A stretch of DNA of 64,000 bases, from positions 2,604,001-2,668,000 of the forward strand of contig JBLDXI010000033.1 of the NCBI GenBank assembly GCA_047495785.1, given 5' to 3'. Positions 49,992 to 63,085 of this stretch are shown piece by piece. The DNA is from Lepidodermella squamata (lineage: Eukaryota; Animalia; Gastrotricha). How positions within the stretch are numbered: the stretch's first letter is position 1; each line of letters starts with the position of its first letter. The position numbers and the translations under genes were made by a program. The notes beneath the pieces are model-generated. The model saw only the letters and a program-made list of their open reading frames with translations. It was not told the DNA's origin and did no database searches.

Positions 49992-52900
49992 TTACAGCGC
50001 AGGTAAATCAGCATTGCAAAAAGAATTAGATTCAGTTACAGCAGCTCCATTCCGCTGCTCTTCGGCAATTTTGTTGTTGGCGATCATCAAATGCCACCGC
50101 TGCTGCTGCTCTTGAGACAACGTTTCGAAAAACCGCACTCTAGACCACACCACCCGCTTGTCAGGCCCTGTCGCTCGCGATATCATTGCATTTCGAGCAT
50201 TCAGCAGTCTCTCGTTAATGGCGATCTCATTCCGATTCTACGAATTATCAACTCATCAACAATCAAATGTCGTGATAAGAAAATACTTACCGATGGCACG
50301 TCTTCACCGGGCGATTCTTGGTGCGTATTGGAAGCGGAGAAAAAACGAATTGCCGTGCTGCTGCCAACGTAGACGGACTTCGCCCTGCGAGTGGTGCACG
50401 GTGAGCTGGGCAAAGACCTCACAACCACTTTGCCGTTTTTCACGTCCGCGCTAAGGACGGCGAACATGCCGGAAGAATCCGATGGCGACATGCTCGCCTC
50501 AGCTGCATTCGACCTTGTTCGACTCGGCTCGCTGTTTAAAGGCGGCGAAGACGCTGCATATTTCCTTTGCAAAAGTTGGACCGGGGTTCGCGGAGATGCG
50601 CATGATGACAAGGAGGATGGCCCTCGCAATGACGGCACGCAGTTGGAACCAGACAACTGATCACCAGGCGATAATGACATAGAAATCGAGCTAGCTGAAT
50701 CACCAAATCCTTCGCTTAGACTGCCGAACAGCTGAATAATTACAGGAAACAGGTTAATTAATCATCGAAAAAATACATTTATGTTGAAAACTCGGATGGG
50801 TATCATATTGGATGAGACTTGATCTTCGTTGAGCATTTGATTCAATTTTACCGCAGCAAAAAAATTTTAATCCAATTATTCGAATCGATTCAACTCATCA
50901 AAGACCAAGACTCATCCGTAATTCGTTAATCACAGCTGCAAAAAGTTTTAATTAAACGCATAGATTCGAGTTGCGAGAATTTTTGGCGTCAGATCGGGTT
51001 ATTTAACAGTCAGTCGGAAGCGATAGATCAAAGCCAAACAAAATTTAGTCAGCCATTCTCTTATTTCGTGATTTTTATGTCCACCTGAAATGAAACTTCT
51101 GACAGCTTATACTCGTGAAAATCCATCATCGACGTGTCAAACACCGGGAGGGGCGGCAATGGCGACAGCAAAGATGGCGTGTAGCTGTCTTCGGTGGCTA
51201 GAGAGCCGAGCCCGGAAGACGCCGAGCGGACCATCTGTATAATTGAGAATAAAATTGACAGGCTAGTGACCCCGAACGGCGATTACTTCCGCTGTGTTTA
51301 CTTAGCTGGGCCGCAGACGCTTATCGCGGTCTGCTCTGCGCGATGCCTAATTATCTTATCAAACAGACGACTCACCTTGCGACCGTCGCGAAAATGGTCC
51401 TCTAGCGCGGCGAAAGGATTCGTGCGTGCCGGCCGAAAGTCGGGATCGATGGTGCGGATAACCGTGTGCACCCACACTTGCGGCAGCTGGCTCGACGAGA
51501 CGGGCGAAGTCGTCGTGGCGGCGGTGGCAGCGGCGGATACAGCCGGGGCCGTCGCTACGCTCAACTGCTGCGCCGCATTCATGAACGTTGTCGACGCGGG
51601 ACGCCATACTACAGACATGCATAATAAATTGGCAACATGAAAATAGTAACAACTAACTGGCAAGAAAGTACCTGACTTATTTCGCAAACGCTTGTCAACA
51701 AGGTGGTGACCTGGGCCGTACTGGCGGCTCCTGCTGAGCCGTTCTGCGATTTGAGCGAAGGTAGGTCGGTCCTCTGGTTGGTATTTAGTACAATCCATAG
51801 CGAGAAGCAACAAATGCCTCGCAATAGGGTCGTCCTCGACCAATTTCGATAACGCCATATAGTCAACACCGTAGTTCGCGGTGCGTTGGAGGTATTCAGG
51901 GTCGGCCTCAATCCGGGCACAGACTTGGCACACGACGATACCATATGAGAATATATCGACACGCTCGTTATAACCGCGATCTTTTGACCGGCTTTTCCTG
52001 ATGGCCATTTCAATGCACTCGGGTGCCATCCACCAAGCCGATCCGACTACGGTCAACGGTTTGTTCGTATTAAGAGTTGTAGCGTTGGCAGGCACACGTT
52101 GAGGGATGTCGGTTGCCAATCCGAAATCGGCGACGACAGCGTGGAAACGGGTTTCACAATCGGTTGGTACATTTACATCAATCCTGATAAGAATGTTTCT
52201 CGTCGTCAAATCCCTGTGCATGTACCGTTTGGCGTGAAGGTACTGCATTCCGCACGCAATATCGTGGCACAACTTTTCGCGTTGGGGCCAAGTGATTGGC
52301 TCTTCAGCAGCAGTCAGCAGTTGTTCCAGGGTCCCGCCATTCATAAATTCGGTCAGTGAGTAAACCCTCGCAGCGTCAACACACCCTCCTTTAAATCTGA
52401 TTATATTCGGATGATCGCCGAGCCGCCGCATCAGCTCCACTTCACGCAACATCTTTCCCTGGTTTTTCTTGTTGCACTTAACAACCATCGTTTCTCCTGT
52501 CGGCTTGTAGTGAGCCTGAGGGGATGAAAAAAATCGAAAATATATTGCCCAAGCGGCGCACTTTCCATCACGCTAATCGCCGCACCGCAGTTTAATACAT
52601 CCACGTGTATTGCTATTAGTTAAGACTTCAATATACGCTATCTCGAGCAAATAATGTTAAGACGCATTTACAAGAGCGTTGTCTACACGGCATAGCCGTT
52701 CGAGGGCATTGAGCTGGCGGCAAAAAACAGCCTTCAATTGAACACAGCCTGATTAATGAAGATGACCCGCAATGTTTATCACCGTGACAAAGTAAAACAA
52801 AGCAGTGCGGATTTTATTTACCTAGCTCCTCCCTCTCCATTCAGGCGCATTAGCGCGAGTCGAAAACCGCACATCTTTGAGATGGCGAGAACTAGGCTTA

Positions 52901-53214
52901 TCGCCAAATGTCAGCGTTTCCTCTACAATCAGCTAGCCAGAAAAGCCAGAAAATATTCTTACCTTGTATACAATGCCGAAAAATCCGATGCCGATCTCCT
53001 CCAAGTCGAAGTCATTAATATCGTAAAGTTTTCCGAAAGCATTTCGTATCGCCTCAAAGGACGGAGCGACAACACGATTGCTGTCAGGTGAAAAAGCGTG
53101 ACGTTGGCCGAGATGGGGCAAATCTGATGATGAGCAGTCATCACAACATATGCCAGTGTCACAAGATTGCAAGCTTAACATTGACGGTGCATGGTCAAGC
53201 TTATCCATAAGCAT
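49992..53214 (-). CDS. TESK: TESK-family (LIMK-related, LIM-less) cofilin kinase
   Basis: N-terminal SFEAIRNAFGKLYDINDFDLEEIGIGFFGIVYK; HRDLTTRN; DFGLA; VVGSAWWMAPE; ARIEADPEYLQRT; C-terminal RSLPSSP (14-3-3-type site of TESK); no LIM/PDZ exons seen. Confidence 0.88.
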
Positions 53215-54854
53215 GACTGATTTACTGAATGGTCACGAAATCATAGTTAAAATCTTTAATAATTCTATGATACATATATGGCAGCACTGATGAAATCCGA
53301 CGCTTTTACATTTGGCAAATTAGATTGACTGGTTAAAATACACGTCAAGAGGAGAAAATACCGCCAAGAAGTAATTGATATTTCTCCGTTGTTCAAGTGT
53401 AATCATGAACTTTATCTCCAATGATACCAACGTACTGCATGCAACCAATTTAAAATATACTACGACAAGCGATCAATGATAAAAAGGCGAAATGCTCAGC
53501 AAATAACAAGACTATTTCACTAAGCTTGAGGAATCAAGAAATCGAAGGTTCCAACTGACGGTCGAAGGTCACTCCACCGGACTATTAGAAATGACAGATC
53601 ATAGATAATTAGAGAATGATCATATTTAACATATATTTCGCCGCTTTTGGCCGATGTTCGAAGTTGGAGCAAATTTTAATACCAGCGGACGTCTTATAGA
53701 TAAAATGCCATAGGTTATTCCTAATGCGTATTCCTCAATGACTCAATGAATTGCTCAGATTACAGTAATTGCCGAATTGGACCAAAATTCAACACGCAAT
53801 AACTGCATATGCCATATGCTTTAATGGATGAAGTATAACGTTTTATCAAACGGCGCATCAGCGATACTTATAAGTTGAAATATTGCCTGTGAGGTATGCC
53901 TGATGGTCTGCCATGACTAAAGTTTACGGTTAATTATTTTGCAAACGAAGTTAATGCAGTATCCAGTTTGCACGCGAAATTTGACTACAACACAGAGAGC
54001 TAGGAACAGTATCTTTATGATTTTGCGATCCACAAGTGTAAGAGGGAAACAGAAGGCCAGCACGGATCTCATAATCCATATTACGGGCTTACTTCGTACG
54101 CAATGATATACTATCATCTCCGATCTTAGCAAACCGACCTTAAGCGAAAGCTGCCAGCCCACCACCCATCCCTTTATACCATGTTCCATAGGAAGCAGAT
54201 TAAGCAAATAGGAAATCACAAGGGAAAACAAAGAGGTCTAGTGACGAGGTAAATCGCCAAGCCTTGAACATCAGTTTGTAAGGTTGGGTCAATCATTAAA
54301 TGTTCAAGTTTGAAGAAGATTATTGTTTTCATCATTTTTTATCATACGGAATACAGGCCAACCAGTGTGATCATGGCTGGCAACACGGCAAATTTTATCT
54401 TAGTAGTTCAATAGACATTAGATTACCACAGAACATATAACAATACTTGTTTCTGACAAGATAAGAAGGAAGATATTAGATATTAATTAGGATCTTGAAA
54501 CAAGCCGTAAATCCGGTGGTTTTCCGTAGTTATGACTGCCACAAAAAGAACTTCTACTAGCAGATTTCTCAACTTTTCTCAGGCCCAGTTATATAGCATC
54601 TATCTCACAGTCCAATATACTAGCAGACAAAGTTGTCCGATGAAGGTTGGTTGGTCGTCGACGACCGCGGAATCTGGTCTTTCACCTGCTTTCTGCTTTG
54701 GCTTGTTGTCAATACATATATTCATTTATTCATCTTTAATTATATATTCACGCATATTACTCAAGTATTTATCACACCTGAAGTTTTTCAATCAAATAAT
54801 TGATAATCCAGCTGATGAAAAATTAATTACGGAAAAAGCGAATCTTCTTTTCTG

Positions 54855-54857
<3 letters not shown>

Positions 54858-54887
<30 letters not shown>
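54858..54887. repeat. (GA)15 microsatellite
   Basis: Perfect GA dinucleotide run. Confidence 0.95.
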
Positions 54888-54890
<3 letters not shown>

Positions 54891-56011
54891 TCTGGAAGGA
54901 TGCGGACTTTTGCCGAAATCCCAGATCTGATCTTTTGACCCTTCGTCCTTCGTCTACGTCTATCTATTTTTTGTCTGATGTTTTGTTTCAAATAAAATAT
55001 ATTCTTTCAACTACAGATTTGGAAGTTTTCCAGGGTGCGGGTTACATTACAGTTTATATAGGCTCCAGAAAGTATCTCGTATCTTTCAAGAACCGGCACG
55101 CCTGCCAACTAAACTTTTCGCTTCATCTTCAGGGCCTAGGGCCTAAGGCACAAGCAGCGTCTTTTCTCTTGTTTGTGTGCAGCAATGAAGCTAGATCAAG
55201 ATGATCGAGCTAGATCATAAAAGAGAGGTATTCTCATTTCAATTTTAGTTAAGCATAAGATCAACCAGCTTTTTATTAAAAGTTTCAAGCAAGTTTTTTC
55301 GATGCGCATATGTAGCATTAAGATAAGAATCAGAGGTCTAGGCTTGGACCAACAATTTTGCAATGTGGAGGGGATACTATGACCGTTGGAATTTTGGCAA
55401 AACTAGCATCTCGTGGGAACCAAAAATTAGACTCTAAGAAGGATTTCTCTTGCCACGAGAATTTGATTGAGTGTGCGAAGTTTTGGACAGGACTGACAAG
55501 AAAACATAAATGCATAGTGAACTAAAATATTTGTATATCTGTTTTAACAGCCGGCCAGTAATAATTGTTAGTACTTGTCCTATTTCTGCCTATTCACCGA
55601 CGCGCTTTCGTTACCGCTACGAGCATCGATGCGGACGACTTCGTTTTCTAAAAAGGCGAAAGTATTTTGATATGGCTCTAGGGAACCGCTGCATAAATTT
55701 CCCATTTGAGACATTACTATCTGCGGTTAGCGTGTTCATCCCATTTTTTATCTAATGCTCAATGTACCACGTGAATCATCTAGGATATTTTCATGCAAGG
55801 TATTGCATCATCTTCGGTAATATTTCATTTGCGCACATATCATCAACATTTATGCTTTAATGTTCCATGTTTCATCCTCACTCAATGAATTTCATATCTT
55901 CTTGCCCCTATGGCCCCTTGGTCAGCCTGATTGTTTCAAGAATTTTGTAAATTCAAAACCTTCTCATGAAATGGTGGATGTGTCATCATTGAAGCTTAGA
56001 ACCATTAATAA

Positions 56012-56908
56012 ATGGAGTTCGGGGCGTTTTTAAAGTCTCTGCAATCACCAGTTGAAAAATTCAAGACTGCTATTCTGTGCAATGACTTGAACGACCTGTG
56101 CGCTGTCCTAGCCTCCATAGCAGACTTGAATGTTGCAATCGACGACCAACTTGGAAGACGTGGTCTCCATCTCGCTTGTCTCCACAAAAATTCCGAAATG
56201 ATTGAATTGTTGCTGAGAAATGGTGCGAATCCATCAATTCCCGACGATCTTGGACTTTTGCCGTGGCATTTGGCGTTGAATGCTGGTGCTCAGAGAGGAT
56301 TTCGGCTAATTCTGTCGTCTTCACCTGTTGAATTACCCTCTTCGTTATGGCAAAATATCGAAAGAGGAAATGTTGACCACCCTTCTTTGGCCACTAACAC
56401 GCATCACAGTTTTGTGATTGCACTTAATATCAAGAAGTTTGGCCTGGCAGATTCATTGGCTTCAACGTTTATCAAAGCTATTGTTCCAGGTGAATTGAGT
56501 GGCTCTTCATTGGCGCATTGCGAATCCTTCCTGAGTCATTTTGCGTCTGCTGACGTTGTTTTGAAGCTGTTTTTTCTTGCTGGCAATCGACTTCCTGTAG
56601 CTGCGCGTGAGAGGGTTAAGTTGCTTTGCTCACCCGAACTGTCGACCTGGATAGATGAGACCCACAATAGACCTTGGAGTTTGCAAGCTATATGCAGGGC
56701 CGTTATAAGGCGTAACTGTTCGAAGAATACCTTTTATTCACTCAATTCCATCGAATATCCAGAATTATTAAAGGAATATCTGGCTTTCAATTATGATGAT
56801 ACTTATGAAGTTTCTACCCGTCCACACTTGCATATCATTGCTCCTTGGAGGCGGCGGTTCAACAACGTCCTCATTGAGCCGGGCGTCTTTCCGAATGAAC
56901 AAAACTGA
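56012..56908 (+). CDS. Ankyrin repeat and SOCS-box protein (ASB-like), intronless
   Basis: Ankyrin repeats (GRRGLHLAC...IELLLRNGANP, GLLPWHLA) and a C-terminal SOCS box PWSLQAICRAVIR...YPELLKEYL. Confidence 0.82.
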   Translation: MEFGAFLKSLQSPVEKFKTAILCNDLNDLCAVLASIADLNVAIDDQLGRRGLHLACLHKNSEMIELLLRNGANPSIPDDLGLLPWHLALNAGAQRGFRLILSSSPVELPSSLWQNIERGNVDHPSLATNTHHSFVIALNIKKFGLADSLASTFIKAIVPGELSGSSLAHCESFLSHFASADVVLKLFFLAGNRLPVAARERVKLLCSPELSTWIDETHNRPWSLQAICRAVIRRNCSKNTFYSLNSIEYPELLKEYLAFNYDDTYEVSTRPHLHIIAPWRRRFNNVLIEPGVFPNEQN

Positions 56909-57130
56909 ATGAATCGCCAGCATGATTAAGCTATTTCATGTATCCTTTTCTTTTGAAGAGCAAAATGCACACTAACTAGATGGCGCATAATGGTACCTCG
57001 ATTTCCTTTTCCAATTAGATGAAATCGAATGCTCCGTGTATAACGCGCTATCAATTGCTTGATTGAATCCACCATATACGGCTTTTGCTTAATTGTGCAA
57101 TAATAATTTATTTCAGATTTTAAGTGAAAT

Positions 57131-58989
57131 ATGAATTCACTCGAAGAAAAGGTTCGCTCTTTGATTATCAAAGGTGACGAACACGAAGACTCTGAGGAGG
57201 AAAAGGATGCGGTTGACGAAGGGTCAACGGATGAGGAAGACTTATACGATGGCTTAGAAGGAATCGATTTTTCGGGCGAAAGAGCAGGTTTGTTTGTTTC
57301 TCATCCAGATTCCTTAAATGCTGATTTCCTTTGATTCTTGTAGATTTTACGAAGAAATTCCAGAAAATCACGTCAAACCCTTCTAATCTGTCAAATGTTG
57401 ACGCATCGAATAAAAAAAGTGATGCTGACAAAGCCGTAAAATGTGAATCACAACATAAACGTTTACTAGCGAGAATCAATGTTGGTAAGTTGCGGGATGA
57501 CAAATTTTAAGAATGATATCGAAGGCACAATTCCTATTCAGATCGTTATGATGGACCTCCGATTCGTGAGCATACGGTCGTCAATTCCTTGGTATCTAGT
57601 ACAAAAAGCTTGGATCAGGCCCGCTGTTACTTGCGAGATAAAGCTGATAGAGCCACCGTTGAACTTGCGCTTGATCGGCAGACCCGTATGGTTCTCTTCA
57701 AGCTTCTAACTCGAGGAGTGGTGACTAGAATTAACGGATGTGTTTCTACTGGAAAAGAAGCAAATGTTTATCATGCGACGTCTGCCGACAAACCAGACTG
57801 CGCCATCAAGGTGTACAAAACGTCAATTTTGACTTTTCGCGATCGTGACAAGTACGTTTCCGGAGAATTTCGATTCCGCCACGGTTATTGCCGGCGAAAT
57901 CCTCGCAAAATGGTCGCCATGTGGGCGGAAAAGGAGTTGCGTAATCTCATTCGCCTCCAAGCGGGGGGTTTGCCTTGCCCAGTGCCAATTGCTCTTCGCC
58001 GTAATGTTTTAGTCATGGAATTTCTCGGAGTGAACGGCTGGCCTTCTCCATTGCTCAAGGAAGTCGATCTCCCTCGATCCAAGTGGCGCTCACTCTACAC
58101 CGATATAGTGCGAAACATGCGAATCATGTACCACCGATGTAAATTGGTTCACGCCGATCTGTCCGAGTACAATTTGATTTACCACCAATCTCAGGCTTAC
58201 ATTATCGATGTATCCCAATCGGTGGAACACGACCACCCTCATGCACTGGACTTTTTACGCACGGATTGCTCGAACATAACCGCGTTCTTTGAGAAACATC
58301 GAGTCGCCGCCATGAGCGTCCGACAGCTGTTTGATTTCATAACCGATCCAACCATCACCGATGATTCTGTAGATGAATACCTCGATAAAATGATGGAAAT
58401 TAATGTTCAGCATTCACAGCATATTAATCAAGAAGGCGAAGATGGGGACCGAAACGGTGACGATGTCCTGTTTGAAAATCAAAACAAAGTCGACGCTGCT
58501 GTGTTCCGAAACGTTTACATTCCTCGAACTCTGAACGAAGTAACGACGTATGAGGAAGACATTCCGATGTTAGTGCCTTCGGTCAATCCTTCGCTGGTTT
58601 CGCATCCCGCTGATAAATTTTACGCTGTTGTTACTGGTCAAAAGCCAGACTTCACCGGTCCAAAGAAAAAGCCTTTAATTTTGGAACACGAAGACCATCG
58701 TTCAGACGACGATGCTGAACTTGCTGAGGAGTTGGACAGCGATGAGTTGAGTGGCGAAGATAGTTCCCAAAGCGGCGAGGAAAGCAATGAAATTGGGGAG
58801 GATGGCGTACGGCGAGAACGAGTACCTAAAAATCCCATTGGGCGGCCTCGTGACGAATCGCCAAATAGTCGCAAAGAGAGAAAACGGTTGATAAAAGAAG
58901 AACAGCGGCAAAAACGAGCTGAGAAGACCCCTAAGCATGTGAAGAAGCGGCGCGAGCGTGTTGCCAAAGTCAACTCAAAGCGGCGCTAA
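57131..58989 (+). CDS. RIOK1: RIO kinase 1
   Basis: DKADRATVELALD, STGKEANVY, AIKVYKTSILTFRDRDKYVSGEFRFRHGY, LVHADLSEYN, IIDVSQSVEHDHP and a Lys/Arg-rich tail; two short 5' exons from ATG 57131. Confidence 0.95.
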
Positions 58990-59305
58990 ACGCGCCATTT
59001 ATTTCTCTTGTTGCTGATTGGTTTCAAAATAAAATATGCCGTTGACATAAAAGTTCTACCTCGCCGGTCCGAAAATAATTCTCGACTATAGCATAACCTT
59101 ATTTTTAGATTTTCATTTGCTGATCCACGGATCCTGTAGGCAAGTTTTAATACGCATTTAAGAGACACACTTTCGAAAATCAATTCAAGTAAACATAAGA
59201 CGTAATTTTTGAAGACGCGCAGGGGGTATCGTAATCGGGCTGAAAATTATATAAATCATTTTAGTAACCGGAATTTTTTCAAATAGATATTTATTTGATT
59301 GAGTA

Positions 59306-60212
59306 ATGGAATCGTCCAATGAAGATAGTTCAACCAGTTTCTCGTCGTGTGTTGCTGCCAGCAACGCGCCCTCGTCTGATATCAAGGCCGAACCGCGCTG
59401 CGGCACCCCTGAAATCGCAGAGAAGCCCACACCGACGCCAATGAGCAGCATTGACTGGACTCCAGAGCTGGAAATTGCTCTATTTCGCCAATTGCGTCAC
59501 CATCGCCCAATCGGCTTTGCGCGTCACTTGCAAATGATGCTGATCGTGGAGAAGTTTTCCGCAGCTTACGGCAAACCAGTGTCCGCGAAATGTCTGTGGG
59601 ACCGCATCGAGTCTTACTACAATTTGGGAATGCTCGACGAGTCAGAGCGCCAGGATGAGGCGCCTCCGAACGGAGATTTCGAGCTCGAACCGACAGCTGC
59701 TTTCGCTGATTTGCAGGTAATATCTCGACGGCGAGAATATCCGAGAATAATCTCATTCGATTTTTTTTTTCACTCAGGCCAAACCATTTCCTCGTGCAGG
59801 CGAGTCTGATTCAGATCTTGATCAACCACTGGCTGCCTGCATTCCATCGACTCATCACAGCCATCCCGCGAAATCAGCCTCCTGCCAAGAATCGGATGCT
59901 CAGTCGTTGTCAACAGATGCGCTATCGATTTCGAACATGGGCGAATCGTCCCGTGCATCAACACCTGGCCCAGTTTTCGGCCAGCCATCAAGTGCCAGTG
60001 TATCTAGTTCCCAGCGACGTCAAACACGGAATAAACGTACCACCGCACCTACCTCGATCGCATCTGCTGAAGACAGCACTTCAGCCGCTGAATTCAAACC
60101 AAAACCGGTTAGCACTCCTCTTGGCACGCCGAGTGCTGCAATGAGTGCCCCAATTTCTGTCATCACCGGAAATTCCGGTCGCTCAAATCGAAAGCGTACC
60201 AGCAAAAATTAG
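59306..60212 (+). CDS. MRGBP: MRG-binding protein / Eaf7 (NuA4/TIP60 subunit); intron 59717-59777
   Basis: IDWTPELEIALF...RPIGFARHLQM...LWDRIESYYNLGMLDESE...DFEL Eaf7-type motif followed by a disordered tail. Confidence 0.85.
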
Positions 60213-60346
60213 CTCATCAATTTTTACTGCTTTTTCTTCCTTATTAAACATTAAATCGTCTTTCTTTTTTGAATTTTCGACTCATTAATTTTCAATCAAT
60301 TTTTTTTAATTATAGACACAATTTTTAGCTAGTTTTGCGGATATAA

Positions 60347-61836
60347 ATGACATCTGTCATTGCACCGGCCATGATTTGGTTTCATTTGTACCGTAAATTG
60401 ACATCACGCTCATCGCTCGCCACCTTCATTTGTTTGATGAGTCTCTTCGTCATCCTCGTCTTTCTTCTCTTCACCGCAACTGTAACTTACAGTCGGCGCA
60501 ATGCCGAGCGGGACGGTCTTCTCGCGGCATTCAACGTTTCCGGGTCCAAATTTGTCATCTCGCGTATTATCGCTCAATTCTACGAGGACAGGAGCGACGG
60601 AAGCAAAGTGTTTGAAGAAGTTGACGTGACTGTCGAAAAGCAGAAGCCACTGCTCGTCATTGCCGTTGTCAGCGCTTTCAAGCATGCCGAGCAGAGGAAT
60701 GCGATTCGAGCGACCTGGGGCCACCCTCTTACACAATTATCTGAAAATGTGATCGTGCGCTTTTTCGTTGGTCGCCGCCCGAATGAAACCGGGCTGGAGA
60801 CCAGTACAGCTTTTTACAACGAAACTTCCCGGTTTGACGACGAAATTGAAGTTCCGATTGAAGACAGCTACAAACGACTGGCATCTAAATCGAAGCTTGT
60901 TCTCAATTGGTTCGCTAATTACGCCCCGGTTGCTGACTATTTTATGAAGGTAATTATTACATTTCATTCGGGTCAAAATAACGGTTGTTGTGCGTAATCA
61001 GCTCATCAAGTTGCCGCCATCTTCTCTAACATGTAGGTTGGGCTTGCATGGGTAGAAGAGATTAGCTTTATAGGCGTAGTTTTACTGGTACTGGTTGGCT
61101 TGGCGATGCAATATTTTTTTCGCTTATTTGACGCGTTTCTGTTGAATTTTAGGTGGATGACGATTCCTATGTCAACTTGCCTGGTTTGGCCACGTATCTT
61201 CGAAATGTGAAACAAGCCGAAGTGATGCAGCGGCTTACCCGAAGCGTGTTCCTATGCCATCTCCATGTCAACGCGACACCGGTCCGCGACCAATTTTCTT
61301 CCTGGTTCGTTGACGAGTCGCAATTCAACAAGACCCGATACCCGGCTTATTGCTCGGGGTCTGCCTATGTTTTCTCGAGCGCAGCAGCTAAGCCCCTCGC
61401 CGAGCGGGTGGGATCGCTGCTGCTGCTGCAGAACAGTAAACCTGGCGACGAGGGTCCTGAGGTTCCAGAGGACGTGTTGGTGACTGGCTTCGCGGCGGCG
61501 AATCTCAGCCTCACGCACATAAACATGTCCCCGTTTTTCGAATGCTGTCACTACGCCAACTCGACGCATAACGGCATTGCACCGCCCGACAACAGCCTGA
61601 TCGAGTGGCTATGTCGGCGGGCCGTCGAGGGCGCCCTAGTCCTACACCCGTTGAAACACGCCACTTCGTCGCCTTCAAATGTGATGGGAGCGTTGCTGGT
61701 CGCCTCCCTCACAGCGTCTTACCACGACTGTCTAAATTTGGCGACGACTTCGCCGGGCAATCATAGCTCGGAGGACGACCCTCTTGGCAGTATTCTGACG
61801 ATTCGGGAAGCCGCCGCCGATCCCGGATTCGTGTAG
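60347..61836 (+). CDS. GT31 beta-1,3-galactosyltransferase/brainiac-like Golgi glycosyltransferase; intron 60950-61152
   Basis: N-terminal TM; RNAIRATWG; EDSYKRLASKS; FMK|VDDDSYVN; YPAYCSGSAYVFS; EDVLVTG. Confidence 0.9.
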
Positions 61837-62194
61837 CAGTTGCTCATTTTGTACTAACTTGCCTTGTATTACTGGTGCTTCTTTCTTCTTCTCACAACGA
61901 TGATGGTATTATTGCGCCTCTCTCTCTTCCTTTTTCACAGCAATGATGTTGTCAGTTTTTGTTACACAAAAGTTGTTGCGACTACTAATCTCAAGCTTTG
62001 TTGTTTGACATTTTTTATGAACCAAGACAATCAACAGTATTTACAACAAAATGAAATGAAAACGAAATGTAATTGCAACCGTGTTTTTTCGGGATTAAGC
62101 TGGCTTCCTTTTCATGTCCTGAGACGTTCCATTGGATCATCTCAATTGATTATCTGTAGATTTTCATTTTAGATGTTTTATACTCTTGGAATGT

Positions 62195-63085
62195 ATGGAA
62201 ACTGAGTCACCAGACGAGCCAGAGTCCTTACTCGCGCGTCTTTTGTCCTTCGAGCTGATCGAAGGTTTGTCAAATGACGTTCTGCTGATCTTCATCGGTA
62301 TCGCCTTCACCATGGCCTATTTCCTGCGCCACCTGCTCGCCTACGTTCACGCCAACGTGAACCGGTCGTCTGACGACCCTAACAACCCCGCCCCGATCCA
62401 CCCCGAAGCTGAAGAGGCCATTTCCGACACGAGGCGCCGGCTTTTCGGCGCTAGCGGCGCAGGCCCGGCCCGCACTAGTCGCGCCCTCGGCCCGGACGCG
62501 ATCTGCCCCATTTGCCTGGCTGAACCCATTCGCCTGCCGATCGAGACCAACTGCGGTCACGCGTTCTGCGGCCGATGTCTTTCGACGTACCTCGCGTACG
62601 ACTCAAATAACCTTCAGCCGGTTCGCTGCCCAGTTTGCCGGCAACGCGTCACCCTGTTGCTGCCTGGTTTCGCGCTGGAAGAAGCGCGCAGTCTTTCGCC
62701 GGAAGACCGTCGGGCTGTTCTCGACCCTCTCCGCCACTACAATCGCCGTTTTTCAGGCGAGCCGCGATCTTGGCTCGAACAGATCGCGGACTTGCCCACT
62801 CTTTTGCGGCATCTCGTCGGTGCCCTGTTCTCGGAATCAGGTCTCGCGCTAGTTATGCGGCTCCGGGTGCTGCTAATCCTGCTGTTCGCCGCTTTCTACC
62901 TGTTGTCACCTATCGATTTGCTACCTGAAGCGCTGCTCGGTGCTTTTGGTCTTCTCGACGACCTTTTCATCTTCTTCCTGCTCGCCGTCTACGTCACGAT
63001 GATCTACCGCCGTTACGCCGCTGCTAACCCGCAGTTTCTCGGCCCGGGCATCGAAGACCCGGTGGAACAACCCGATGAGGAATGA
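62195..63085 (+). CDS. RNF170: ER-membrane RING E3 ligase RNF170-like
   Basis: N-terminal TM; C3HC4 RING CPICL...ETNCGHAFCGRC...CPVCRQ; YNRRFSGEPR; DUF1232-type YLLSPIDLLPEALLGAFGLLDD. Confidence 0.92.
   Translation: METESPDEPESLLARLLSFELIEGLSNDVLLIFIGIAFTMAYFLRHLLAYVHANVNRSSDDPNNPAPIHPEAEEAISDTRRRLFGASGAGPARTSRALGPDAICPICLAEPIRLPIETNCGHAFCGRCLSTYLAYDSNNLQPVRCPVCRQRVTLLLPGFALEEARSLSPEDRRAVLDPLRHYNRRFSGEPRSWLEQIADLPTLLRHLVGALFSESGLALVMRLRVLLILLFAAFYLLSPIDLLPEALLGAFGLLDDLFIFFLLAVYVTMIYRRYAAANPQFLGPGIEDPVEQPDEE

Noticed and set aside
53300-55900. Possible retroelement/GIY-YIG remnant (VYIG in ORF 54935-55204)
   Set aside because: A single short motif without supporting context.
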